From Prolixibacteraceae bacterium (GTDB lineage: Bacteria > Bacteroidota > Bacteroidia > Bacteroidales > Prolixibacteraceae): a stretch of DNA of 64,000 nt. A program made the translations under genes and the position numbers. Below are positions 16,353-27,546 of the stretch, piece by piece. A model generated the notes under the pieces. The model ran no database searches, was not told the origin of the DNA, and saw nothing but the letters and a program-made list of their open reading frames with translations. How positions within the stretch are numbered: position 1 is the stretch's first letter; the number at the start of each line of letters is the position of its first letter. The stretch is taken from contig OY761460.1 of the NCBI GenBank assembly GCA_963664565.1, forward strand, positions 4,615,104-4,679,103. The letters run 5' to 3'.

Positions 16353-19300
16353 ATGAAAAAAAACAAGTTTCTGGTACTGAATCTTCGGTACTTAGAAAAA
16401 TTATGGCTGACTATGAAAATATGTCTGTTTGTGTTGCTCATAACAACTGCGACGGTAAGTGCTAGTATTAGTTATTCTCAGAATACCAAATTAACTCTTA
16501 ACCTGCAGAATGCTACTATTCAACAGTTAATCCAAGAGATTGAAAAGCAAAGCGAATTTATTTTTGTTTTCTATGACAATGCTTTAGATCTGAAGCAAAA
16601 GGTAAGTATCAAGGTCGAAAATCTACCTGTAGAGAAGATTCTTGAAAAAGTTCTGGAAACTACTGGAAATTCGTTCGCCGTATTCGATCGTCAGATCGTA
16701 ATTGGTAAAAAGAACCCGGAAACCGGAGTTTTTAAGGAACCATTGCCTGTTGAGCAAAAAAAAGAGATAACAGGAAAAGTTATAGACAAACAAAATATGC
16801 CAGTTCCTGGAGCTTCAGTAGTTATTAAAGGAACGACTACTGGTATTATTACCGATGCTAACGGGTATTTTAAATTGGGATACACGGGCGAAGCCAAGGT
16901 GCTGGTTTTTTCATTTGTGGGAATGAAGACACAGGAAGTTCAGGTTGGTAACAGAACCGATTTTACTGTCGTCATGGAAGAAGAAACTGTAAGCCTGGAA
17001 GAAGTCGTGGCTGTAGGTTATGGTGTTCAAAAGAAAGAGTCGGTAACTGCGGCTATTTCAACGGTGAGCACAAAAGAACTGAGGCGAAGCTCAACTCCTA
17101 ATCTTTCTACTGCTTTGGCCGGACAATTACCCGGTTTGACCGTTATGCAAACGTCAGGGCAGCCTGGAGCCGATGTAGCAAATCTTTATCTTCGTGGGGT
17201 AAGTACTCTCAATAATTCATCTCCGCTTATCTTAATTGACGGAGTTCCCCGGACAGATATAGATAAACTTGACCCCAATGAGGTTGCCTCGATTTCAATA
17301 CTTAAAGATGCTTCAGCTACAGCCGTGTTCGGTGTGCGTGGCGCCAATGGTGTTATTATTATCACTACCCGTCGCGGAGATGAAGGCAAATCTGAGTTAA
17401 ACATTACAGTAGATAAAAGTTTTCAGCAATTTTTGGCACATAATGATCGGATACACTCCTGGGATTTTGCCGAGCTACGTAATCAGGCATTTCGTAATAG
17501 CAATCCAAACGCTAAAGATTCAGAATTGCCCTTTACTCAGTATATGATTGATAAATATAGGAGCGGGGAAGACCAGATATTCTATCCTGACAGGGATGTA
17601 TATCATGATTATTTCCGCGATTGGGCGCCACAAACCCGGGTTAATGCGAATTTTAACGGCGGAGGAAAAGGGTTTACTTATTTTCTTAATGCCGGTTATA
17701 TCGGACAGGGTGGAAATTTCAAGACTGAACCTGAAAGCTTTCTGGGCTATGATCCAAGTTACAAAATGGATCGTTATAATTTCAGGGGCAATATCGACTA
17801 TAAAATTGCGCCTAACCTAAAAGCCTCCTTAAACTTAGCGACATACCTTCAACAGATGAATTCTCCACAAACGGTTGATTTATTTAATGGCGACATGAAT
17901 TCAATGGTGACCAATATGATCGCTTATACCTGGGGAACACCGCCAACGGATCCGGGACCAACAACTGTTGCCGGATATGGAGTTCCCGAGAATGAAATTG
18001 TTGCACAATCGGGGCAAGACCGTAACACGTATGGAGAAATTAACCGCCGTGGTTACCGCCAGGAATATTCAACTGTGCTTAATTCATCGTTAGTGCTTGA
18101 TTGGGGATTGGATTTTATAACGAAAGGATTAAGCGCCAAAGGGCTTGTCGCTTTCGATAGCCATGCATCAACAGTTAGGCAAGGTGTTCGCTCGCTAAAT
18201 ACCTATGCATTCTCGGTCGCTCGTGATGAAAGCCAGACCTCTAAATATACAGTCATTCGTGATAATCAGGATAAGGCTATTCGATTGTCAAAAAGCATGA
18301 GTACTTATTATTTTATGAACTACCAGCTGTCATTAAATTATGCGAGAAAGTTCGGGCGTCACAATGTCACAGGAATGTTCCTTTATCAACGGGATAATTG
18401 GGATAAATGGGCTGCTGACCTGCCTTACAATGTGATAGGCTATGTTGGTCGCTTAACTTATGATTATGACAATCGTTACCTGGGAGAAATAAATTTTGGC
18501 TATAACGGTTCGGAGCAATTTGCCCCCAAAAATCGTTTCGGCGCATTCCCTGCTTTTTCATTAGGTTGGGTTGCCAGCAATGAAAGTTTTCTTAAAGACA
18601 ATCCGGTACTTACTTATTTGAAGCTGAGGGCATCCTACGGGATATCGGGGAATGATAAGTTAGGTGACAGCAGGTTTCTTTATCAGAGTTTTATTAACAT
18701 GGATGCTGGCGAAATTCCCGGATTGGGTTTAGGGAAAAAAGTTGTTCAGGGAAGAATGGGTAATGAAGCTCTCCAGTGGGAAAAATCGGAAAAGAAAAAT
18801 ATTGGTATCGATTTGAAAGTATTCAATGGTTTGTCGCTTACAGTTGATGTTTTCAATGAGCATCGTGATCAGATTCTGATAAGCAGGAGCACTATTCCGG
18901 TTCTCCAGGGTGTACCAATCAGCAATATACCTAAGGTCAACATCGGGATTGTTGATAATCATGGTTACGAAGCAGAACTTGGTTATCAAAAGATTATTAA
19001 TAACGAATTGTCGTTTAATCTGCGAGGCAATTTTACCTACAATAAAAATACGGTCAAGTTTAGCGATGAAGTTAAATATGGTGAAGATTATGCTTATCAA
19101 TACCGTCAGACAGGATATAGTATTGGCCAGAAGTGGGGATATCAGATAGATTACAGCAATGGTAACGGGTATATCAATACGGCTGAAGAATTAGCTAATT
19201 TGCCTGCTTATGAAGTAGGAGGTACGCCTCGTTTAGGTGATTTTAAATATGTTGATGTTAATAACGACGGAAAAATCAATGATCGTGACCTCGTTCCAAT

Positions 19301-19796
19301 GGGGTATCCAACGGTTCCACGCATCACCTACGGGTTATCTGGCAATCTGAGATACAAAAACTTCGATTTTGCATTTGTTTTCTCGGGCATTGCGCGAAGT
19401 AGTGTAAATTACAATGGATGGGGAGTGACCGAATTTGGATTGGTTGGTTTCTTTAGCAAATGGCATTTCAATGCCTGGACACCTGAACGCTATGCCAACA
19501 ATGAAAAAATTCAATATCCAGCTTTGGGAATGGCGGCTGGCACAAGTCAGAAAGCCAACAATTTCTTCATTATGGACCGTTCATTTCTACGATTGAAAAA
19601 CCTTGAAATAGGGTACAATATTCCTAAGAGTATTTTAAAACCAGTCGGAATCGAAAATGTGCGTGTATATACCAATGGAAACAACTTGTTTACATGGGAC
19701 AAGTTACCTGTTAACACCATAGATCCGGAGCAGGATGAATCATTAAAATATCCTTTGACAAAAATGGTTACTGTTGGGGTTAATCTGACCTTCTAA
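16353..19796 (+). CDS. susC: SusC-like TonB-dependent transporter with N-terminal signalling domain
   Basis: STN-like N-terminus, VVAVGYG, LKDASATAVFGVRGANGVIIITT, C-terminal F. Confidence 0.95.
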   Translation: MKKNKFLVLNLRYLEKLWLTMKICLFVLLITTATVSASISYSQNTKLTLNLQNATIQQLIQEIEKQSEFIFVFYDNALDLKQKVSIKVENLPVEKILEKVLETTGNSFAVFDRQIVIGKKNPETGVFKEPLPVEQKKEITGKVIDKQNMPVPGASVVIKGTTTGIITDANGYFKLGYTGEAKVLVFSFVGMKTQEVQVGNRTDFTVVMEEETVSLEEVVAVGYGVQKKESVTAAISTVSTKELRRSSTPNLSTALAGQLPGLTVMQTSGQPGADVANLYLRGVSTLNNSSPLILIDGVPRTDIDKLDPNEVASISILKDASATAVFGVRGANGVIIITTRRGDEGKSELNITVDKSFQQFLAHNDRIHSWDFAELRNQAFRNSNPNAKDSELPFTQYMIDKYRSGEDQIFYPDRDVYHDYFRDWAPQTRVNANFNGGGKGFTYFLNAGYIGQGGNFKTEPESFLGYDPSYKMDRYNFRGNIDYKIAPNLKASLNLATYLQQMNSPQTVDLFNGDMNSMVTNMIAYTWGTPPTDPGPTTVAGYGVPENEIVAQSGQDRNTYGEINRRGYRQEYSTVLNSSLVLDWGLDFITKGLSAKGLVAFDSHASTVRQGVRSLNTYAFSVARDESQTSKYTVIRDNQDKAIRLSKSMSTYYFMNYQLSLNYARKFGRHNVTGMFLYQRDNWDKWAADLPYNVIGYVGRLTYDYDNRYLGEINFGYNGSEQFAPKNRFGAFPAFSLGWVASNESFLKDNPVLTYLKLRASYGISGNDKLGDSRFLYQSFINMDAGEIPGLGLGKKVVQGRMGNEALQWEKSEKKNIGIDLKVFNGLSLTVDVFNEHRDQILISRSTIPVLQGVPISNIPKVNIGIVDNHGYEAELGYQKIINNELSFNLRGNFTYNKNTVKFSDEVKYGEDYAYQYRQTGYSIGQKWGYQIDYSNGNGYINTAEELANLPAYEVGGTPRLGDFKYVDVNNDGKINDRDLVPMGYPTVPRITYGLSGNLRYKNFDFAFVFSGIARSSVNYNGWGVTEFGLVGFFSKWHFNAWTPERYANNEKIQYPALGMAAGTSQKANNFFIMDRSFLRLKNLEIGYNIPKSILKPVGIENVRVYTNGNNLFTWDKLPVNTIDPEQDESLKYPLTKMVTVGVNLTF

Positions 19797-19815
19797 TCTT
19801 AAAAACTGAAATAAA

Positions 19816-21636
19816 ATGAAACATCTTAAATATATATTTCTGTTGTTTATATTTTTTCAATTAAACAGCTGTTCCGATGATGCACTCGACAAAGCTCCTG
19901 ATGGCAATATGCAAATGGATGAAGTGTTAACTGATCCTGATAAAGTAGAAGCTTTGGTAAACACGATTTATTCGAATATCCCGAGGAAAGGATATGTATA
20001 TTTCTTTTTTGATCCGGCAGTTGTAGCATGCTGCGACGATGGCTGGTCGTCAGAAGATGGCGCTGGTCAGCTGATTGATCAATACTATAAAGACAATACT
20101 TCTGCAAGCTATCATCCGATGCGCGATTTTTCTGATGGTCATGGAGCTAACAATAATGCCTATTGGGACCGCTACTGGCAACAGATCCGCTTGTGTTCAC
20201 AGTTCCTCGAATTGGCAGACAAGGCAGCTATGAATGATGAGGCAAATCGTGGACGATTTAAAGCTGAAGCTCATGTTATGCGTGCATTTTTCTATATGGA
20301 ACTTGTAAAGTGGTTTGGTAAACTACCGGTATTGAGCTCGACTGTTCCGTTTGATACTGATTTTTCTGTAATGAAACGGCAATCGGTATATGATGTTGCA
20401 AAGCAGATTGTAGCTGATTGCGACGCAGCATTGGCCGAGTCAACCTTACCCTGGCGAATTGATACTGATAGCAATGGAGGACGAGCTACCAAAGCTTTGG
20501 CCTGCGCTCTTAAATCAGAAGCTATGTTGTTTGCTGCAAGTCCGCTTCATAACGAAGGTAAAAATTATTGGGAAGAAGCCTATCAAATAACGAAGGAATG
20601 TGTTCAACAATTAAAGGCAAATGGATATGCACTTTTCACTACTTGTACTCAGCCTAATGTTTTTGGAACTGGCCCTGCCGCTGCTTTCCGTCAACTTGTT
20701 GATCAAAATGCTGATTATTCCGGGTCGCCGCGTGACAAGGAAACGATCTTTCAAACAAGAACCGGAAGTGTTTTTGTTTGGCATATTGGTTACATTGGTA
20801 GTAATATGGCAAATACCTATAAATGTGGAACTTGTCCAACTCAGGAACTGGTAGATGCATTTGAAACCATTAACGGACAACCTGTTCTCGATCTTACGAA
20901 ACCCTATCTGGATGAAAAACATCTTACGCCGAATTATAACAAAGCCAATACTTTGTACAATCCAAACGACCCTTATGCTAATCGCGATCCACGTTTCGAT
21001 CAGACAGTGTTGCATAATGGGAGCCACATTTTGTGGGACAATAAGGATGTGACTGTCCAGACCTATACCGGAGGTGCCCATGCACCCAGCTTTGATTTGA
21101 CCAACCGCAGTTTCTCACGAACTGGTTATTACCACAGTAAAATGGTAACACCAGGGGCTTGCGGCACAAACCAAATAAACAATTCCAACTGGAAATTTTA
21201 TCGTCTGGGCGAAACCTTGCTCAATTTGGCCGAAACGGCAGCAAATGCTGGTCACGCCGACGAAGCAAGGGCTGCTGCAAACGAAGTGCGTGCCAGATCA
21301 GGAATGCCGGCATTGTCAGCCAGTTTATCACAGGATGAGCTTATTCTCCGTATCCATAATGAACGTAGGGTAGAGTTAGCCTGGGAAGAAAACCGCTATT
21401 TTGATCTTCGTCGTTGGCAAAAATCGGATGGAAATTTGAGTGAAACCTGCAAATGGTTAACGGCAATGGTTATCACTAAAAACGCCGACGGTAGCCTTTC
21501 GTATTCTCGTCGTAATATTTCAGGAAATGCGCGCGGTGGATGGCAAAGCAAAGACTTATTGCTTCCGCTCCCACTTTCTGAAGCATCGCTTCTTGAATCG
21601 GTTACTGGTCAAAAATGGCAAAATCCAGGTTGGTAA
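19816..21636 (+). CDS. susD: SusD/RagB lipoprotein
   Basis: Lipobox LNSC; RAFFYMELVKWFG; ERRVELAWEENRYFDLRRW; QNPGW. Confidence 0.95.
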   Translation: MKHLKYIFLLFIFFQLNSCSDDALDKAPDGNMQMDEVLTDPDKVEALVNTIYSNIPRKGYVYFFFDPAVVACCDDGWSSEDGAGQLIDQYYKDNTSASYHPMRDFSDGHGANNNAYWDRYWQQIRLCSQFLELADKAAMNDEANRGRFKAEAHVMRAFFYMELVKWFGKLPVLSSTVPFDTDFSVMKRQSVYDVAKQIVADCDAALAESTLPWRIDTDSNGGRATKALACALKSEAMLFAASPLHNEGKNYWEEAYQITKECVQQLKANGYALFTTCTQPNVFGTGPAAAFRQLVDQNADYSGSPRDKETIFQTRTGSVFVWHIGYIGSNMANTYKCGTCPTQELVDAFETINGQPVLDLTKPYLDEKHLTPNYNKANTLYNPNDPYANRDPRFDQTVLHNGSHILWDNKDVTVQTYTGGAHAPSFDLTNRSFSRTGYYHSKMVTPGACGTNQINNSNWKFYRLGETLLNLAETAANAGHADEARAAANEVRARSGMPALSASLSQDELILRIHNERRVELAWEENRYFDLRRWQKSDGNLSETCKWLTAMVITKNADGSLSYSRRNISGNARGGWQSKDLLLPLPLSEASLLESVTGQKWQNPGW

Positions 21637-21653
21637 ATTTAAAAAATAAAATT

Positions 21654-24600
21654 ATGACTATTAAGAAGTATATCAAATATATAGCGATCAGCATAGTATA
21701 CTTGTTGATGTTTGGTGACCTTTATGCACAAGTAAATTCGGCTAATGAAAACCTTATCATTAACGAATATGGACAACCCATAGAAGGCGCATTGATCGTG
21801 TCTGAGTTTGGCAATAACCAATTTGTTACGCCTAAAGATGGTAGCTATAATTTGTTGGTGAACGATGGCAGCTCCTTTGTTACTGTTTCTGCAAATGGAT
21901 ATCAGAACATGCAGATTCCAGTTGATCAACTGAATAAATCAGAAAAAATTAAGTTGAATTTTGACAGCCATAAAATGGGAGGATCGGTAAACATGGGATA
22001 CGATTCATATACACGTGAGTCATTGACCGGGGCTGTTTCCTCTGTAAGTGGTGCTGTTTTGGATAAGAGCCCTAAAAATATTCTTTCTGAAACATTGGCC
22101 GGGCGTCTGTCGGGTTTAACTATGGTATCTGCCCTGTCAGAACTTACCTTCTTTGGTTACCAAAATACCAATAAAGCAATTCGGGGTATTTCAACAGTTA
22201 ATGGATCAAAACCTCTGGTTATAATTGATGGTGTGGTTTGCCCAACCCAGTACTTTGAATTTATTTCACCTAAAGAAATTGAGAATGTATCGGTGCTTAA
22301 GGATGCATCGGCAACTGCAATTTATGGGATACAAGGTGCAAATGGGGCGCTGGTTATTACAACCAAACGCGGTTATAATGGCAAGAAAAAGGTAGAGGTC
22401 TATGCTGATCAGTCATTTCAGCAAATGATTAAACGGCCAATGTTTATTAATTCGGCCCGATATGCTGAGTTAAGAAATGAGGCTGGTGAACGCGATGGCC
22501 TTGGTCAATATTCGCAATTCAGCCAGGAAGCAATTGATCATTTCCGTACCGGGGACGATCCCGCTTATCCGAATAACAACTGGTACGATATGTTTGTCAA
22601 AGACATCGTAATGCGGCAACGTGTTGGTGTTAATGTTACCGGGGGATCAGAGAAGTTTAAGTATTTCTCCGAAATAAATGTGGTAAACCAGGGCGAACCA
22701 ATGAAGATTGCTAATGAGCCCGATCGCAAATATAATCCGAAACCGCATGTCAACATTGTCAATATCCGCTCCAATATGGATGTTAAATTCAATGATTATG
22801 TTTCCGGGTTTATGCGTCTGGCTGGAAGTGTAAAACGTGAGATACAAGCCGGGAGCAAAATGAATTGGGATATTTACAGCCAGATATTCAACTTGCCTCC
22901 AACCATGTATGGGCCATTGTCTCCTGAAATTGAAGGAAAATCGGACCTGAGTAATCAGGTAGTTACTGTTGATGGAGTTGATAGTCCTGTTTATGGGTTA
23001 CTGAATCGTTCAGGCTATTCACAAATTGTTGAGACCAATGTAATTGCACAGGCAGGATTAAATCTGGATATGAGCTTTCTGACTAAAGGTCTGACAATGA
23101 GTGGAGCTATGGCTTATCAAACATACATGAGAAATAGTACATTAACTCTTCAGGACTTCAAAAGGGTAGTTCGGGGTAAAGATTTCTCCGTACTGGATAA
23201 TTTTTCAAAGTATAAAACATGGGAAAATACACCTTTGGCTTACACGAAAGGCTCTGTGTTCTTTTACTACCTCGACTTATTTGCCAATATGGAATACAAA
23301 CGACGGTTTGGCGACCACAGTTTTGATGCTTCTGCTCATACTTATTATCTTATACAGGAAAAAGAAACGACTGGTAGCACAAATTCAGTTTTACCATATA
23401 AGCGACAGAATTTTGGGTTAAGCTTACTTTATAGCTATAAAGACCGGTATTTTTTGAAAGGAGACCTTGGTTACTCGGGTTCGGAACAATTTCATCCCGA
23501 CCATCGTTACATCGCTACTCCGGCTATTTCTGCTTCATGGATCGCTTCGAAGGAAGACTTCTTCAAAGTTGATTTCATTAGTTTGTTAAAATTCAGAGCC
23601 TCGTACGGGCTTACTGCTAACGACCAGATAGGTGATTCCCGTTTCCTCTATTTAGATAACATTCGCTCTGACGGTTCGGAACTCGAACGTGGTAATCCTA
23701 AATTATCGGCAGAGAAAATTAAAAAGTTAAATGTTGGCGTTGACCTTGGGTTATTGAATATGTTTACAGTTGGGTTCGACTACTTCTCTAACAGAGTGAA
23801 TAATATGTTGGTAAATAGTTCGTATAAAATTCCTGAATATCAAGGCATTCCGCTTAGTTATTATCCAAAGCTGAATAACGGAGAAATGGAGAACAAAGGA
23901 TTTGAGTTCTCGCTGGGTTTCAACAAACATTTCACCAACGAATTGTCAGCTTTTGCTGAGTTCAATTTTTCGCAAGCTAAGAATAAGGTCATTAACATTA
24001 ATGAATCTTCTTTGGGCAACGATTATGCTTATCAGCACCGAACTGAAGGCTATCGTGTTGGCCAGTTGTGGGGCTATAAAATTGATTACAGCAATGGCAA
24101 CGGGATGTTTAATTCAGCAGAGGAATTAGCAAACTCGAACCTTACTTATTCGTTTGGTAAACCAAGAGTTGGTGATTTCAAATATACAGATTTAAACAAC
24201 GACCATGTTATCGACGCTAAAGATCAGGCTCCGCTGGGATATTCTTATTTCCCGGAACAGGAATATAGTTTAAATGCTGGAATAACCTGGAAAAGATGGG
24301 AGTTCTCTTTTCTGTTGCATGGCGTCAGGCATAGTTCTTCATTCCTAAGCGGAGTGGGCGCTTACGAGTATGGAAGTCAGGGACAGTTTAACGATATACA
24401 CCTTAATGCGTGGACGCCTGAAAGATACACTGCAGGAGAAAAAATCACATTCCCGGCATTGTCGCTTTCTCCATCAACGAATCATGTGAATAATGATTTT
24501 TTCCTGATTGACCGGTCTTATTTGCGTTTGAGAAACCTGGAAATAGCATATAATATTCCTGAGAGCCTTTCGAAGAAAATCTGGTCAGAAGGAATCCGGG

Positions 24601-24731
24601 TTGCATTCAATGTGCAGAATTTGTTTACAATCGACAACATGCGATCCAAATACGTCGATCCTGAAATCGGCAAAATGGATACCTTCCAGCCATATCGTGT
24701 GTATAACATTGGTCTTAATTTTAATTTTTAA
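21654..24731 (+). CDS. susC: Second SusC-like TonB-dependent transporter
   Basis: LKDASATAIYGIQGANGALVITTK; C-terminal F; start at the ATG at 21654. Confidence 0.94.
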   Translation: MTIKKYIKYIAISIVYLLMFGDLYAQVNSANENLIINEYGQPIEGALIVSEFGNNQFVTPKDGSYNLLVNDGSSFVTVSANGYQNMQIPVDQLNKSEKIKLNFDSHKMGGSVNMGYDSYTRESLTGAVSSVSGAVLDKSPKNILSETLAGRLSGLTMVSALSELTFFGYQNTNKAIRGISTVNGSKPLVIIDGVVCPTQYFEFISPKEIENVSVLKDASATAIYGIQGANGALVITTKRGYNGKKKVEVYADQSFQQMIKRPMFINSARYAELRNEAGERDGLGQYSQFSQEAIDHFRTGDDPAYPNNNWYDMFVKDIVMRQRVGVNVTGGSEKFKYFSEINVVNQGEPMKIANEPDRKYNPKPHVNIVNIRSNMDVKFNDYVSGFMRLAGSVKREIQAGSKMNWDIYSQIFNLPPTMYGPLSPEIEGKSDLSNQVVTVDGVDSPVYGLLNRSGYSQIVETNVIAQAGLNLDMSFLTKGLTMSGAMAYQTYMRNSTLTLQDFKRVVRGKDFSVLDNFSKYKTWENTPLAYTKGSVFFYYLDLFANMEYKRRFGDHSFDASAHTYYLIQEKETTGSTNSVLPYKRQNFGLSLLYSYKDRYFLKGDLGYSGSEQFHPDHRYIATPAISASWIASKEDFFKVDFISLLKFRASYGLTANDQIGDSRFLYLDNIRSDGSELERGNPKLSAEKIKKLNVGVDLGLLNMFTVGFDYFSNRVNNMLVNSSYKIPEYQGIPLSYYPKLNNGEMENKGFEFSLGFNKHFTNELSAFAEFNFSQAKNKVININESSLGNDYAYQHRTEGYRVGQLWGYKIDYSNGNGMFNSAEELANSNLTYSFGKPRVGDFKYTDLNNDHVIDAKDQAPLGYSYFPEQEYSLNAGITWKRWEFSFLLHGVRHSSSFLSGVGAYEYGSQGQFNDIHLNAWTPERYTAGEKITFPALSLSPSTNHVNNDFFLIDRSYLRLRNLEIAYNIPESLSKKIWSEGIRVAFNVQNLFTIDNMRSKYVDPEIGKMDTFQPYRVYNIGLNFNF

Positions 24732-24742
24732 ACTTCTAGAGC

Positions 24743-27019
24743 ATGAAAAGCTATATTTTCAGAATATTTATAGTCGTCATTGCGTTGTTAGGTCTTGGCT
24801 CCTGTGCTGATTTGGATCTTCCTTCGGATGGGCGCATGACACTGAACGATATATTCAAGGAATACAATACTACGCGAAATTTCTTTGATAAATGTCGCAG
24901 CTATATCCCGCAGGTTGGTTTTGCATATAAGAATACACCTTTGGCTTCCTTCTGTGATGAGGCACATGATGCCAGTGATGGAGTAAGCGGCCTGGTTAAT
25001 GATTGGTATAACAATCGTACATCTCCTACAAATAATCCTCTTACGATGGGAACCATAGAGCCGTGGTCATATTATTTTGAAGGCATTCGTAAGTGCAACA
25101 CTTTTCTTGAATGTATCAACGATGCCAAAGTGGCTACTGCAAATATCGATAAGGATGAAAAAAACGGATGGATTGGTGAGGTTCTTACTTTGCGTGCCTT
25201 CTACTACCTTCAATTGATTAAACGATATGGTGGAGTTCCGGTCATTTCTAAACCTTATGATGTTAACTACAACTTTTCGAACGATAAACGTGCATCCTTT
25301 GACGAATGTGTGGATTTTATTCTCGCCGACTGCGATGCCGCTTTGGCCCTGCCCGAGAGTAGTACTCCTACTATTGGTTTCCGTTGGAACATCAGCGATA
25401 ATGAAAGAGGCCACATCACTCGGGCATTCGCTTATGCTGTGAAATCGCAAGCTGCACTGTTTGCTGCAAGTCCGCTCTGGAATACTGGCAGTGGTAAATA
25501 TTCATGGGCAAAAGCAACTGAAATCACAAAAGAAGCGCTCGATCAATGTCTTTTACACGGATTTAAACTATTCGACATTACTCCGGAGGCTGATATTGCC
25601 CAAAATGCCTATGCCTATTATTTCATTTATCGTTCCGATCCTAGCCGGTCGGTTGATAAAGAAACCATATTTGAAACCACAACCTCGCGTACCAATGTTT
25701 GGAAATGGGCCGGAACACCTATTACTAACGGTGCAGAAAAGGCAGGAGCAGGTCCGTCACAGGAGCTTGTTGATGCTTACGGAATGCAGGCTACGGGTGA
25801 GATGCCTATTCTTGGTTATTCCGATGCCAGTCATTTGCAACCGATACTGAATACTAAATCCGGCTACGATCCTGCCAATCCTTATGTTGGTAGAGATCCC
25901 CGGTTTTATGCGTCGGTGTATTACAATGACTCACCACGTTCGCTCAGTACCGGCAAAGTTGACAAAGATTTGTTCCCATTAAGTTTTGGAACTACAGTCA
26001 ATAACGTAACTGCAACTAAAAATGGAGATGAAGTCACCCTGAAAACGACAGGAAGTGATCCATGGATATTTACTTCAACCCTGACTCGTGCGTTAACTGC
26101 CGGTTCAAAGCGATTGGTTACTTTCGAATACAAAAGCAACAAACCGATTACAGATGCAGAGTTTTTCTTCTGCGTGGCCGGAGGACCTCAGGGAGGCGTG
26201 GAAACCGGTCAAAATATTAAGATTGATCAGGCATCTGAATGGACCAGATTTGAGTACGATCTTGGTACAGCAATCAGTACCTGGGGGTTTGGGGTTAACG
26301 CCAATGGCGGGGCAAAGCCCGAGAACCACTTCTTGAGGTTTGACGTTACCAATGGTTCAGGCTATGAAATTACCATCCGTAATTTTAGAATTGAATGTTT
26401 CACTCCACCGGCAGCGCCAACTCCGGTTGAGACTTTTGTTGGTGGAAACTGCGAAATATCGGATCGCGTATCGGAAACCCGCAATACAAGAACCGGCTAC
26501 TATTTGCGTAAATTTAATAATTACAAATCAGGACTAAACGTTGACCAGGATGGATTGATGAAGATCTTCCGTTTGGGTGAATTGTACCTGAATTTTGCAG
26601 AAGCGGCTTATCAATCAGTAGGACCTGATGCTGCTGTGGCTTCCAAAATTGGAGGTAGTTCAATGTCGGCTCGCGAAGCAGTCAATACCATTCGTGCCAG
26701 GGTGGCTATGCCGGCTATTCCTGCAGGTTTGTCAAAAGATGCGTTTGAAGTACGTTACCGCAACGAGCGTCAGGTGGAATTAGCCTTTGAAGAACATCGT
26801 TTCTTTGATGTTCGTCGATGGAAAATTCTTAGTCAGACTGACGGGTTTGTTACTGGTATGAAAATTACCAAAAGTAGTAACGGCTACATTTACAATCGGA
26901 TGAAACTGAAAGACAGAGGTACAAATGTAGACAAATACCTTATCTATCCTATCGATCAGTCTGAGGTATCAAAAATGGATAATTATACCGGAGCCAGTTG
27001 GCAGAATCCAGGTTGGTAA
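24743..27019 (+). CDS. susD: SusD/RagB lipoprotein with an internal inserted domain
   Basis: Lipobox LGSC; RAFYYLQLIKRYGGVP; ERQVELAFEEHRFFDVRRW; ~150-aa insert after RDPRFYASV. Confidence 0.93.
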   Translation: MKSYIFRIFIVVIALLGLGSCADLDLPSDGRMTLNDIFKEYNTTRNFFDKCRSYIPQVGFAYKNTPLASFCDEAHDASDGVSGLVNDWYNNRTSPTNNPLTMGTIEPWSYYFEGIRKCNTFLECINDAKVATANIDKDEKNGWIGEVLTLRAFYYLQLIKRYGGVPVISKPYDVNYNFSNDKRASFDECVDFILADCDAALALPESSTPTIGFRWNISDNERGHITRAFAYAVKSQAALFAASPLWNTGSGKYSWAKATEITKEALDQCLLHGFKLFDITPEADIAQNAYAYYFIYRSDPSRSVDKETIFETTTSRTNVWKWAGTPITNGAEKAGAGPSQELVDAYGMQATGEMPILGYSDASHLQPILNTKSGYDPANPYVGRDPRFYASVYYNDSPRSLSTGKVDKDLFPLSFGTTVNNVTATKNGDEVTLKTTGSDPWIFTSTLTRALTAGSKRLVTFEYKSNKPITDAEFFFCVAGGPQGGVETGQNIKIDQASEWTRFEYDLGTAISTWGFGVNANGGAKPENHFLRFDVTNGSGYEITIRNFRIECFTPPAAPTPVETFVGGNCEISDRVSETRNTRTGYYLRKFNNYKSGLNVDQDGLMKIFRLGELYLNFAEAAYQSVGPDAAVASKIGGSSMSAREAVNTIRARVAMPAIPAGLSKDAFEVRYRNERQVELAFEEHRFFDVRRWKILSQTDGFVTGMKITKSSNGYIYNRMKLKDRGTNVDKYLIYPIDQSEVSKMDNYTGASWQNPGW

Positions 27020-27064
27020 TCCCAGACTATCTGTTTCTATTAGTAAACAATAATTACTTTTTAT

Positions 27065-27106
27065 GATTTGAGAAGAGCAGCCTAATTGGTTGCCTTTTCT
27101 CAAATC
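27065..27106 (+). terminator. Stem-loop after the second susD
   Basis: gatttgagaa...ttctcaaatc inverted repeat. Confidence 0.5.
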
Positions 27107-27546
27107 GTTGATTCATCGCTAATTCAAATAATTAATACAGGTTGAATGGTTATCCTTACAATAATGGTTTATTTGTTCTCGTAATATTTTTTGCTGCAAG
27201 GATGGTTATTTTCTTATTCTGCCGTGCGAAATGATGTTAATCATTACCTTGGTTTGATGATATTCGAAATGTGCTTGTGATTAAGTTTATTGTAGCAGAT
27301 AGCTTTAAAAAATAGACGTCAGGCTCTGTTCGTCCTGTAAAATCAATTGATAACATTATGTGAGGTGTGTTTTGATGATATGCTCTTGCTGGAGATTTTC
27401 AAAAAAACAGTAGATTAACGTATTTTTACTATACAGGAAGATTTAAATTCAGGGCCAAATTTAATACTAATGTAATTCTACTTTGACACATTCGAAAAAT
27501 CGAGGTCCATCTTTAATCTGTCAAAGTAGAAGTAAATTCATAGCAG

